From Edaphobacter aggregans (lineage in GTDB: Bacteria; Acidobacteriota; Terriglobia; Terriglobales; Acidobacteriaceae), in NCBI RefSeq assembly GCF_003945235.1, contig NZ_RSDW01000001.1:5310001-5342000 (forward strand): 32,000 nucleotides of DNA, in the 5' to 3' direction. Positions 8,700 to 17,146 of the stretch are shown piece by piece. Made by a program: the position numbers and the translations under genes. Every line of letters begins with the position of its first letter. Within the stretch, counting starts at the first letter, position 1. A model generated the notes under the pieces. It was not told the origin of the DNA and did no database searches. It saw nothing but the letters and a program-made list of their open reading frames with translations.

Positions 8700-9409
8700 G
8701 TCAGTGAGTGTACGCGCTGGTTCGCATCACTGGCCCGTTTTTGCGTACTTCCGACTGCTGGATCTGGCAAAGCCACACTGATTCATTCATGCGCGATAGC
8801 CGTCACATCCAAAAGACTGACCCATACCATCCAAACACGCATGTTTCGGTAAGTTCGTAAAAGCTCAGAAAGTAGGCGGTTTCTCCTTACTCGGCCTGCA
8901 AACCAACGCTTTGGCCGTTTCCTCATTAGTGATCTGGCTAAAGTGGTTGCTCGTAGGTCCCCTCTGAAGGGTCAAGTAATCCGTGTGTAAAAACGTAGGT
9001 ACTCGTTGTTTTCGAGAGCAGTTATCGCAAACTGCTATGACGTTTAGGGTCAACATGTTGAATCAGTACGAATGCGCAGAATCGCTGTAAGAGCTTCTAA
9101 ACCACCTGTCAACGCTTCGATCTATGTAATGCCCGGCAAAGTGGATATATCTCCATCACTCCGCAGAAGTCGAGCCATGCTTGAGGTCTTTGTTCTGCCG
9201 CCCTACCTACAGAAGCGGCTCTTGCACCTTGGTGTTGCCACTTGATAGAAGTAGCTGTATTGGTTCGGGACTTGATGATCCCATAGGCCACACAGGCCAC
9301 CTTAACGCCCCCGGCGACAGACGCCATTCGTTTGCGACCGGCGCTGCGGTTATGGGGTTGTTTGCAGATACCTACGAAAGCTGAAGGTGTTGCAAGATAA
9401 ACCGAATCG

Positions 9410-9607
9410 TCATGTTGAAATTTGAGCTCGGTCAAAGGCTCGCTGTGACACTGTCGAGGGATTGCAGACGTGATTCTTGTCGTGCTTCTCAAGTTCGATT
9501 TCGGTTCTTGCATTCGCAATCGTGCGCAAGCATTCCAAACAAATGGAGTCGAAGGAACCATCGCTATTTCGTCGGTGCGGAAAAAAAGGAGGAAGAGTGG
9601 GGATCAT
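9410..9607 (-). CDS. Small CxxC-x19-HxC protein, copy A (65 aa)
   Basis: The internal Met of tracked ORF 9410-9673 gives MIPTLPPFFPHRRNSDGSFDSICLECLRTIANARTEIELEKHDKNHVCNPSTVSQRAFDRAQIST. It is collinear and roughly 65-70% identical with the ORF at 22053-22250, whose N-terminus is fixed by upstream stops. Both have AAGAGAGA about 8-10 nt upstream of the ATG. Confidence 0.7.
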   Translation of the reverse strand: MIPTLPPFFPHRRNSDGSFDSICLECLRTIANARTEIELEKHDKNHVCNPSTVSQRAFDRAQIST

Positions 9608-9963
9608 CGCATCTGTCTCTCTTTCTGGGGAGAACCTCCAACATACGGCAGCTGTACCCAGAAAGATGTTCAATTTAGCTCACGTCAACTTTGTCTTCTC
9701 CGGCAACCTAGCGCCCGGACCCTTCCGGTCCCGGCGCAGCTTTGATGGAAGATGCGTTTGGGGGGCGGTGTTTGTTATCCCTGCCGTCGTTATCTCCATG
9801 CTCTTCACCGTTTCCGCCACATAACCTTAGAGCTGCCAAGCTACAAATCGGGCGGCGGATTGTCCGCCTCGAAGCACACAAGATAATATTTCGTCGATCT
9901 GCAAACCTGCCATATGATTTATGAGATTTACATGATGAGCCCCTGTACGGAAAGAGGCCACTG

Positions 9964-10632
9964 ATGAACGCGCAGAACAATACATTATTTGATCCCGCAG
10001 CGTTTCTAGCGAACGCGGGACTAGGCAGAAGGATTGTCCAAGTCAAGGCAAAAGGAGTCTTTTTTTCACAGGGGAATCCAGCCGATTGCGTTTTCTACCT
10101 TCAGACAGGCCGGGCGAAGCTCACAGTCGTCTCACGAGCCGGAAAAGAAGCCACAATCGCCCTTCTCTCTGCTGGCGAGTTCATTGGAGAAGAGTCGATT
10201 GCTGGGGCGGCTGGACTGAGGATGGCGACGGCGACGGCGATCACCGCATGTACTGCCCTCAAGATAGAGCGAGTGGAGATGATCCGCGTTATGCACGAGG
10301 AGCACGCCTTCTCCGACCTGTTCTTGAAGTTTCTGCTGGCTCGCAGCATGCGAACCCAGGCCGATCTGGTTGATCAGCTTTTTAATTCCAGCGAAAAGCG
10401 TCTGGCGAGAATTCTCCTGTTGATGGCCGAGTTTGGCCAGTCGGGAAATCCGGAAACGCTAATCCCTCAAATCACGCAGGAAACTCTGGCAGATATGATC
10501 GGTACTACGCGATCTCGTGTCAGTTTCTTTATGAATCGTTTTCGCAAACTAGGATTTATTGAATACAACGGCCGCATCAAGGTCCATAAGTCGCTGCTCA
10601 ACGTTGTCCTGCACGATCAGTCCTTCGAATAA
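9964..10632 (+). CDS. Crp/Fnr-family transcriptional regulator (cNMP-binding domain plus C-terminal HTH), paralog 1
   Basis: 222 aa. The beta-roll region reads FFSQGNPADCVFYLQTGRAKLTVVSRAGKEATIALLSAGEFIGEES. The HTH reads ITQETLADMIGTTRSRVSFFMNRFRKLGFI. TAA stop. Confidence 0.9.
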   Translation: MNAQNNTLFDPAAFLANAGLGRRIVQVKAKGVFFSQGNPADCVFYLQTGRAKLTVVSRAGKEATIALLSAGEFIGEESIAGAAGLRMATATAITACTALKIERVEMIRVMHEEHAFSDLFLKFLLARSMRTQADLVDQLFNSSEKRLARILLLMAEFGQSGNPETLIPQITQETLADMIGTTRSRVSFFMNRFRKLGFIEYNGRIKVHKSLLNVVLHDQSFE

Positions 10633-10859
10633 ATCAACGTAGCTGCTCCCCTTATGGGCAATCGGAAGAGTGAATGGACACCTCTTCAAGCGCGGCCGTG
10701 AACATAGGCTGCCGACGCTTGGCTGAGGCCCAATGCGCCGTAGCATCACCAGGTCGCACCAATTCCCCTCGCATAGGTATCGAACCCTGCCATTCACCCT
10801 GAGTCGTACGCAAATTCGCCGGTATCTCGATTCGTCGAGAAGCGGGAGAACCCAGGCTG

Positions 10860-11519
10860 TCACTCGGAGAAGTTGGGAGCATTCAGAGGCGTCGGCATCG
10901 CCAGACCCGACTTCTGCCGGGACGCCTGCGGAAAGATCGGATTCATCGGCTGGACAATTGCGTAATGGACCAAACTGGAGCAATGAACGCAATCTGTTTC
11001 GTTGATAAGGAGGATGTCTTTGCCGAGAACCTGCGGGAACGCTCTCAGGCACTCTGGGCAGGTAACTGTAACGTACTCCTCCCCGGAAGAGTCATGTCCG
11101 TTCTTCGGGATCCAGATGGGCGCCAATGTGCCGGGATGTTGGAAAAACTGCCATTCCATGTGGGCCATATCATGCATTATCTGCAATAAAGAACTCAGGT
11201 TTGTTCCTTTTTCATAGAAGGCATCAGCGACAACTCCGGGTGGTACGCCATCACCTGAAAGCGCTCCGCTCATAGCGATCGTACGGATTGCGGGAAACCG
11301 GCGACGAACCACAGAGAGAAACTCAAAGCCGGACATACCTGGCATGTTGAGATCGGAGAGAATGATGTTGGGGATTTCATTCCGGATCTCAGCGAGTGCA
11401 GAAAACCCGTCTTCCGCTGACCGCACGTTATACCCAGACTCAGTAAAGATTTGTGATAGCAACATCAAGAGCGATGCATCATCGTCTACGACAAGAAGCT
11501 TCACTTTCGCATCGGGCAT
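10860..11519 (-). CDS. Response regulator: receiver domain fused to a C-terminal CxxC-x19-CxHC (zinc-ribbon-like) domain
   Basis: 219 aa. The receiver domain shows LLVVDDD, ILSDLNMPGMSG, IAMSG and FYEKG. The C-terminal ~95 aa carry ..GEEYVTVTCPECLRAFPQVLGKDILLINETDCVHCSSLVHY.. with no HTH or enzymatic motif. Confidence 0.85.
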   Translation of the reverse strand: MPDAKVKLLVVDDDASLLMLLSQIFTESGYNVRSAEDGFSALAEIRNEIPNIILSDLNMPGMSGFEFLSVVRRRFPAIRTIAMSGALSGDGVPPGVVADAFYEKGTNLSSLLQIMHDMAHMEWQFFQHPGTLAPIWIPKNGHDSSGEEYVTVTCPECLRAFPQVLGKDILLINETDCVHCSSLVHYAIVQPMNPIFPQASRQKSGLAMPTPLNAPNFSE

Positions 11520-11574
11520 CTTGGCCCCTCCCTAGCGCATCATAAGACAGGTTTGGGAAGAGTATTTCATTCCG

Positions 11575-12363
11575 CTAATTTTCCTTCTGTTCAATTTTGC
11601 TCACTCTGGCCGTGCCTCGCTTAGCTTTCCTTGATTCATTTTGGGGAGTGTCCAAGATCGAAGCACTTATTGCATTGTGTTCAGGCAATTGATCGTGCAG
11701 AACCACATTAAGAAGCGACTTGTGAACCTGAATGCGGCCGTTATATTCGATAAAGCCGAGCTTCCGAAAGCGATTCATGAAGAAGCTCACGCGCGATCTG
11801 GTAGTTCCAATCATTTCTGCCAGTGTTTCCTGCGTGATCTTCGGAATCAATGTTTCCGGTGCTCCTGGCTTGCCAAATTCCGCCATCAACAGGAGAATTC
11901 TTGCCAAACGCTTTTCGCTTGAGTTGAAAAGCTGATCCACAAGATCAGCCTGAGTCCGCATATTGCGAGCCAGTAGAAACTTCACAAACAAATCAGAAAA
12001 TGCATGTTCCTCATGCATGACGCGAATCATCTCCGCCCGCTCTATCTTTAGCGCGGTACAGGCGGTAATTGCGGTAGCCGTTGCCAGTCGAAGCCCGACC
12101 ACTCCGGCAATCGACTCTTCACCGACGAAGTCGCCCGCGTTGAGCAGGGTGATCGTAGCCTCTTTACCATTCTTCGAAATGACTGTGAGTTTTGCGCGAC
12201 CCTTCTGAAGATAAAACACGGAATCAGCTTGATTTCCCTGTGAAAAGAAATCTCGCTTTGCTTTCAATCGGATGATCCTTCGTCCTAATCCCGCGCTCGC
12301 GAGAAAAGCGGCGGCGTCAAACTTTCCGTTTTCTAACTCAGGCATCAGGACAGCCCTTTCCAT
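11575..12363 (-). CDS. Crp/Fnr-family transcriptional regulator, paralog 2 (with a ~40-aa basic C-terminal tail)
   Basis: 262 aa. By hand count there are ~29 mismatches over ~208 aligned residues against paralog 1. The true start may be the second ATG at 12345 (MPELENGKFDAAAFL), by comparison with paralog 1 (..NTLFDPAAFL). TAG stop. Confidence 0.9.
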   Translation of the reverse strand: MERAVLMPELENGKFDAAAFLASAGLGRRIIRLKAKRDFFSQGNQADSVFYLQKGRAKLTVISKNGKEATITLLNAGDFVGEESIAGVVGLRLATATAITACTALKIERAEMIRVMHEEHAFSDLFVKFLLARNMRTQADLVDQLFNSSEKRLARILLLMAEFGKPGAPETLIPKITQETLAEMIGTTRSRVSFFMNRFRKLGFIEYNGRIQVHKSLLNVVLHDQLPEHNAISASILDTPQNESRKAKRGTARVSKIEQKEN

Positions 12364-12508
12364 ATGTTCGATTACTCCGGTACTTGACGAACTATTCCCG
12401 CACCTTGGCTTCGTTCCGGAATTGAAAGGAGAGTTTATGGGGAGATGGTCTGGGAGCTAAACTCTCCCCATATATGCCGTAGATACGATCAAGCGGCAGG
12501 GCACGCGT

Positions 12509-12592
12509 TCATCCTCGGCGCCAGCGAGAGAATCCCCAACCCCCGCCACCGAGCAAAAAAAGCACTACGAGAACAATCAGTACGGTTTCCAT
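12509..12592 (-). CDS. 27-aa hydrophobic micro-protein (DUF3309-like pattern), absent from the ORF track
   Basis: ATG at 12592 with GAGG 7 nt upstream. The product METVLIVLVVLFLLGGGGWGFSRWRRG* is one TM helix followed by a W/R-rich tail, resembling small stress-associated membrane peptides. Confidence 0.45.
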   Translation of the reverse strand: METVLIVLVVLFLLGGGGWGFSRWRRG

Positions 12593-13153
12593 CTTGTAAC
12601 CTCACTTCTAAGAGGAAACTGGACGGGCCTTTGTAACTGCTGTCCCGCTTCCTCACTACCAACAGCATAAAAGTGGCTCAGACAAATGTCTGGTCAAATT
12701 GGATCACTTTTTCGGCGCGCTCTACCCCCTATGACGCGAAGGGAGGGCTTTATCGAACTCTTGATGCCTTTGCATTGTGATGTCAAGTATGATGAGATGT
12801 GGCGAAGTCGCGGACTACGCCGTTAGAAGAGCTACGACCCACGTCGTGGCGTACTGCAGTTTCTTGCAGAGCTTTGGACGGGAGGCCGTGGATCTGCCGA
12901 CCTTACGCGCGGGTTGAGATGAAACCTAAGCGGTTTTGTTCGTTTTGGCGGCCGCGACACAGCTAGTTTACCGGCCCTCTTTGCTTTCTCCCTTCGCCGC
13001 GAACTCCTACCTCACCTTGAGTGCAATGGCGTCGGTATCGAACCTTGTAGGGTCGCGGCGGCATCGGAGAGGACGACGGCGGGACTGGTATGAGCCGAAA
13101 ATCGGGTGCTTTGGAGTCGGGCGGCCATAAAATCGGAGGCTGGAGTCATTCAG

Positions 13154-13417
13154 ATGCTATACAAAAAGATCAATGTCGAACTGATCGTTGTTGCTGATGA
13201 AGTCGAGGCAGTTGTCGCGGAATTGAACACCGCGCTCGATCTGCTGGAAGAAAAACACACCCTGTTCGGTGGTGGAATCGAGGCCGTCGCTTTCGAGCAT
13301 CCGAAAACACGTAAGAGATCGGCACTCGAGCATACGATCGCCGCAGGCGAGACTGTCACTGGAGCTCTGAGGACTGCACGTGAGAGCGTGGTTGTTGCCA
13401 TCCGCGCAGTCATCTGA
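13154..13417 (+). CDS. Hypothetical acidic 87-aa protein
   Basis: The internal ATG 13154 of the tracked ORF 13106-13417 has GGAG 8-9 nt upstream. The product is MLYKKINVELIVVADEVEAVVAELNTALDLLEEKHTLFGGGIEAVAFEH... I recognise no family. The antisense ORF 13150-13716 is judged spurious. Confidence 0.5.
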   Translation: MLYKKINVELIVVADEVEAVVAELNTALDLLEEKHTLFGGGIEAVAFEHPKTRKRSALEHTIAAGETVTGALRTARESVVVAIRAVI

Positions 13418-13623
13418 TGACGACGGTCCTGGTGCGCGTCTGATTCTGGCCGAATCACGAGCAAACCGAAATCTAACCTATAACGGGCCATGGGAAGAAC
13501 GGACCCCGTAAAATAGCGGAATCCGAGACACGCGAGGCCAAAATGGACGCCTAGCCGATTTTTCGGCCGGGGCAACTTCCGAGTCGCCGCCTCTATGTAG
13601 TCATTGTCAAGTGAAGGCACAAG

Positions 13624-13655
13624 TAGTCCGGCGCTCTGAAGAACGCGCCGGACTA
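13624..13655. terminator. Perfect 11-bp hairpin between convergent genes
   Basis: TAGTCCGGCGC (13624-13634) pairs with GCGCCGGACTA (13645-13655) around a 10-nt loop. It lies 64 nt downstream of the minus-strand Gln-rich gene stop and 207 nt downstream of the plus-strand gene ending at 13417. Neither side has a clear U-tract. Confidence 0.4.
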
Positions 13656-13718
13656 TAAGATTCATGATGTAACAACTCGCAAGGTGCGCCTTCTCCCGAG
13701 GCTGCACCGGGTACACCG

Positions 13719-14378
13719 TTACACCGAGATGCTGATTGCGATTCCGACATTGGGATACCTGCGGTTGAACAGGTAATAGCCGTTGTCGGCGTAGGCGATG
13801 TAGACGTCATCGGTGTCGTACCAGTTATTCGCCCAGTATTCTGGCCATGGGTCAACCGGACTTAACCAATAGCCACCGTACTGGAAGCGCGGGTATCCGC
13901 CAACAACCAGGAAGGGAAGACCGTAGATGCGGAATCCATGCTCCGGCCCAAAGTATCCACGGAATCGGTCGTCGGGGATGCGGTAGCCGTGGTAGCCACC
14001 ACGTTGTTGCCAATTGCGGTGGTCTGACTGCCAGCTTTGTGCTCGATGTTGCTGCCAAGCGCTCTGCTGGACTCGCTGCTGTTCCTGAGTGCGCTCGGGT
14101 TGTTCATTGCCGCGCTGCTGCTGAGCATGCTGTTGCTGCCTGTTTTGGTCCTGCTGCTGCTGAACATGTTGTTGCTGTTTGTTCTGGTTCTGCTCCTGCT
14201 GTTCAGCGCGCTGTGGTTGCTGAGCATGCTGCTGTTCGGGCTTGGATTGTTCGTGCTTGCTCTGTTGCTGTTCGGGATGATCTTGCTTTTCGCCCTGCTG
14301 CCCCTGCTGTGCGTAGGCAGGGGCGATTCCGAGAAGGAAAGACAGAACGGCTGTACTGGCGATTCCAATTACTTTCAT
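13719..14378 (-). CDS. Secreted Gln/His/Glu-rich protein with a C-terminal Trp/Tyr/Gly-rich domain
   Basis: The signal peptide is MKVIGIASTAVLSFLLGIAPAYAQQ. It is followed by a ~110-aa QQ(H/E)-rich low-complexity segment, then ..GGYHGYRIPDDRFRGYFGPEHGFRIYGLPFLVVGGYPRFQYGGYWLSPVDPWPEYW..DDVYIAYADNGYYLFNRRYP.. Three overlapping ORFs in other frames are low-complexity artefacts. Confidence 0.8.
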   Translation of the reverse strand: MKVIGIASTAVLSFLLGIAPAYAQQGQQGEKQDHPEQQQSKHEQSKPEQQHAQQPQRAEQQEQNQNKQQQHVQQQQDQNRQQQHAQQQRGNEQPERTQEQQRVQQSAWQQHRAQSWQSDHRNWQQRGGYHGYRIPDDRFRGYFGPEHGFRIYGLPFLVVGGYPRFQYGGYWLSPVDPWPEYWANNWYDTDDVYIAYADNGYYLFNRRYPNVGIAISISV

Positions 14379-14417
14379 ATGGGCTGCCTCTATTACTGCT
14401 CGTTACTTACACTCGCT

Positions 14418-15938
14418 CTAGCGCAAGCTTCCTATCGTTGCATTGACTGGGCTGCCGATGGCTTCGCCGGATACGAGAAGTTCTACTCTCCGGTTCTGCT
14501 GCCGGCCGGAGGAGTTATCGTTGGAGGCCACAGGCAAAGTGTTGCCGAAACCCTTTGCGCTGACCGAATTTATCGCCACGCCTTGTTGCACTAGGTAATC
14601 ACGCACCGAACCGGCGCGGTTCTGAGACAGTTTTTGATTCATTTCATCGCTGCCGATATTGTCCGTGTAGCCGCCGACCTCGATGTTGAGTCCAGGATAG
14701 GCGAGCAGAATTCCAGCGACTTTCGCCAGCTTCTCCCTTGCACCTGGCTTCAATGAGTACTTCCCGGTGTCGAACAACACATCGGACATACTGACGATGA
14801 GCCCGCGTGCGCTGTCGCGAGTTTGAAGTATGGCATTCAACTGCTCAGACAATCGCATGCGCATGGCTGTCTTATCGTTTTCCGCTTGCTGTGCAGCTAG
14901 ACGAGATTGGTTGGCATCAGCCTGAGCCGCAGTGACCGCAGCTACTGATGCTGCTTGATTTGCGGCCATGTCGGATTGTGCCTTTGCCGCATCAGACTGA
15001 GCCTGCTCTTTCTGCCTAATCGCGTCATCAGCTTGCCCTTGCGACTTTGCCTGTGCATCCGCTGAAGCCTGGCGTTCGTCGGCTAAACGTTGCTCGTCCA
15101 TTTTCTTAACCGCAATTGCGCGCGCATCTTCGGCAGTCTGCACTGCGTCTCTGGAAGCAGCGATCAGGAGTTTTTTGGGGGAGTGCTTTTCCGTGGCATA
15201 ACCATCCGCACTGTTCATCAACTGAACGGCGTGCTGATAGCTGTCGCTGGCATACTCCTTGGCTCCCTCGGATTGCGCGATTCGTAGTGCATTCCGCGCC
15301 TCGAAGAATTCCAGTGGCAAATTAGCATTCAGAATCACCGGGTCGAACTTGTAGCCGGTGGGAATGTAGCTGCCCCGTTCCATGAGTTCATACTTCGCAT
15401 TAACCGCCTCGGCAGTTCCCTTGGTGTCATCGCGAACGACGTTCTCGAGCACTATTACATTGCTTGGCTGCCGAACAGCATAGTAAGGTTCCGCGGTAAC
15501 AATCAGGGCGAATGCCTGAAGGTCCGTGGTCACGTCCAGTTTGCTGCGCCGGTTCCCGCCTACCAGCACTTCACCCAGGTTCACCGCCCGGCCCTCGGGC
15601 GAAATAGCCCACAGGACGTAAGTGAGATATTCGTTGCCAAACGTTGTGGGCTTCTGCAGGTTGCCAAACTCCACCTCGATCTCGATGGAGCCACGCTTGC
15701 TTTCCACCTTAGCTTGGCCGTTCGCTGAAGGCATAAGGTCGGTGCCTGCGAAATCCAGCTTCGTAGCGCCGCTGCGATGCTGATAGTTGACCGCTTGGAC
15801 CGTGCGACTGATCACGTTCACGTGGTATACAGATGCCGGACTTGTGGATTGGCTGACAATGGTTGTTTGAGGGTTGGTTTGAGCAAATGCACTCAAACTG
15901 AGGGTGATTCCGACTGCTAACGAAAGCGTAGTCTTCAA
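14418..15938 (-). CDS. OmpA-family peptidoglycan-binding protein: N-terminal domain, Ala/Gln-rich coiled coil and OmpA C-terminal domain
   Basis: The tracked ORF extends to 16151, but the best start is TTG 15938 (AAGGAG 5 nt upstream), giving the signal peptide MKTTLSLAVGITLSLSAFAQ. The C-terminus reads ..VLFDTGKYSLKPGAREKL...GYTDNIGSDEMNQKLSQNRAGSVRDYL...NRRVELLVSG. Confidence 0.9.
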   Translation of the reverse strand: MKTTLSLAVGITLSLSAFAQTNPQTTIVSQSTSPASVYHVNVISRTVQAVNYQHRSGATKLDFAGTDLMPSANGQAKVESKRGSIEIEVEFGNLQKPTTFGNEYLTYVLWAISPEGRAVNLGEVLVGGNRRSKLDVTTDLQAFALIVTAEPYYAVRQPSNVIVLENVVRDDTKGTAEAVNAKYELMERGSYIPTGYKFDPVILNANLPLEFFEARNALRIAQSEGAKEYASDSYQHAVQLMNSADGYATEKHSPKKLLIAASRDAVQTAEDARAIAVKKMDEQRLADERQASADAQAKSQGQADDAIRQKEQAQSDAAKAQSDMAANQAASVAAVTAAQADANQSRLAAQQAENDKTAMRMRLSEQLNAILQTRDSARGLIVSMSDVLFDTGKYSLKPGAREKLAKVAGILLAYPGLNIEVGGYTDNIGSDEMNQKLSQNRAGSVRDYLVQQGVAINSVSAKGFGNTLPVASNDNSSGRQQNRRVELLVSGEAIGSPVNATIGSLR

Positions 15939-16009
15939 AGCATCTCCTTGAAGCTGATGTGTGCCGTGATGCGTTATATCGATCTTGACTGGGTTTCTCT
16001 CGTCACCCT

Positions 16010-16201
16010 TCACGTTCCGACGTGGATCCGGGAAAGAGAATGAAATAGCCCAAAAACATTCAGTAGCCACAAAACGACGGCAATGACTACGACGCCATTC
16101 AAAATTGACTTGATGGACTCCTGCATGGGAATGAAGCGGTTCACAAGCCATAGCAAGATTCCTACTACGATCAGCGTAATAACGACCTGGATGAGTGGCA
16201 T
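16010..16201 (-). CDS. Small two-TM membrane protein (pattern of the Thivi_2564 family)
   Basis: 63 aa: MPLIQVVITLIVVGILLWLVNRFIPMQESIKSILNGVVVIAVVLWLLNVFGLF... AAGGAG lies 8 nt upstream of the ATG. It is 71 nt upstream of the OmpA-like start, so probably co-transcribed. Confidence 0.7.
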   Translation of the reverse strand: MPLIQVVITLIVVGILLWLVNRFIPMQESIKSILNGVVVIAVVLWLLNVFGLFHSLSRIHVGT

Positions 16202-16284
16202 ATTATGTTCTCCTTTCAGCTTCCTAAAGCTGATCGAGATCCTGGGAGGAGCCCGATCAGCAGAGCCTGATTCGTTTCGTCTGC

Positions 16285-16998
16285 CTACTTCTTGTCCTGC
16301 CTAGCTTCGGCAATCGTCGCTGCGTGATTCGTTTCCGCAATCGCCTTCATAAAACCCAAGGTCGATTTCGGCGCGGGGACCTTGCCTGACAGGATGGCCT
16401 GGAAGGTCTGATCGCGGCCATAGATCGCCCGCGTGGAGTCGTTGTCTTGCTGAACTACGGCGCCATTCAATGTGATCCCTGCGAACGCACCGCGCGAACG
16501 TGAGTAGGTCAGGATTTCAGTGTTAAGTTTCCAGTCGGTTCCTGCGGACGCATGACGACCCACTGGACCTGCGGCAGCAGACGCATCGCCGCTGATCTGG
16601 AACTTGCTGGAAAGCAGATGTTGGAAACCCTGGTTGTTCATGACCAGCATGACCAAGTCGACGCCTTCCAAGCCGATCTGCAATCCCCAACTGCCTCCTC
16701 CGATGGAGACGAACGCAGGAGAACTCCAGCCCTCGGCCGTGCGGCATGTTGCGATGCCCCGGCCGTGCTCACCGCCGACGACGAAGCCGCCCTTTACCAA
16801 ATGCGGGACTACTACGATGCACTTTGCACCACCCACTACTTCTTCTGGAATTCCTTTGTCCGGGGCATTCATAATGGAATGGAGTACGTCCGAGGACATT
16901 TGCAGGCGCTCAATCGAGTCCTGCTGTCCTGTGGCAGCCCATAGGTTTCCGTTCGCCAGCGTAAATGCGCCGATCAATAGCATGGATGTCATCTTCAT
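16285..16998 (-). CDS. SYLF (YSC84-like / DUF500) lipid-binding domain protein, secreted
   Basis: The start is taken at ATG 16998 (AAGGA upstream), giving the signal peptide MKMTSMLLIGAFTLANGNLWAA. SYLF-type core: ..AKCIVVVPHLVKGGFVVGGEHGRGIATCR...GGGSWGLQIGLEGVDLVMLVMN.. Confidence 0.85.
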   Translation of the reverse strand: MKMTSMLLIGAFTLANGNLWAATGQQDSIERLQMSSDVLHSIMNAPDKGIPEEVVGGAKCIVVVPHLVKGGFVVGGEHGRGIATCRTAEGWSSPAFVSIGGGSWGLQIGLEGVDLVMLVMNNQGFQHLLSSKFQISGDASAAAGPVGRHASAGTDWKLNTEILTYSRSRGAFAGITLNGAVVQQDNDSTRAIYGRDQTFQAILSGKVPAPKSTLGFMKAIAETNHAATIAEARQDKK

Positions 16999-17022
16999 AG
17001 GTTTTCCTTGCAAGGCGGGGAG

Positions 17023-17066
17023 CTAAGAGGGACGGATGTCAGATGGGCTGACTTAGCTCAGAAACC
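17023..17066 (-). promoter_or_regulatory. Conserved upstream block shared with hsp20 (GGTTTCTGAGCTAAGTCAGCCCATCTGA-N8-CCTCTTAG)
   Basis: The reverse strand reads GGTTTCTGAGCTAAGTCAGCCCATCTGACATCCGTCCCTCTTAG and ends 24 nt before the SYLF ATG. It contains the same 18-mer CTAAGTCAGCCCATCTGA as 30804-30821, in the same orientation and at the same ~40-nt distance from the start codon. Confidence 0.5.
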
Positions 17067-17130
17067 ATGAGGGAGCCGATAACAAGGACTCTTCTCCAAA
17101 GTCATTGTTCCAAAGATGGGTGGCAATAAC

Positions 17131-17146
17131 TGAGCTATATAGCTCA
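17131..17146. promoter_or_regulatory. Perfect 16-bp palindrome TGAGCTATATAGCTCA (candidate dimeric TF site)
   Basis: A perfect palindrome read directly, located in the 288-bp gap between the YihY stop and the SYLF start. A second palindrome, TCTGTG-AAA-CACAGA, lies at 17153-17167. Confidence 0.35.

Noticed and set aside
9109-9561. 150-aa minus-strand ORF overlapping mini-protein A, and plus-strand ORFs 9412-9824
   Set aside because: The overlapping frame encoding the conserved CxxC-x19-HxC protein is supported by two paralogs. These ORFs have no support of their own. The part downstream of 9410 remains unassigned.
13030-13050. GGTTCGATACC-like T-loop motif on the minus strand followed by ..GACGCCA, suggesting a tRNA 3' half
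   Set aside because: The flanking bases cannot form a T-stem or an acceptor stem, and no D or anticodon arm could be drawn.
13847-14594. Several ORFs of 168-199 aa overlapping the Gln-rich gene on both strands
   Set aside because: They are generated by the CAG/CTG-rich repeat tract, which is open in many frames. Only the frame with a signal peptide, an RBS and a structured C-terminus is credible.
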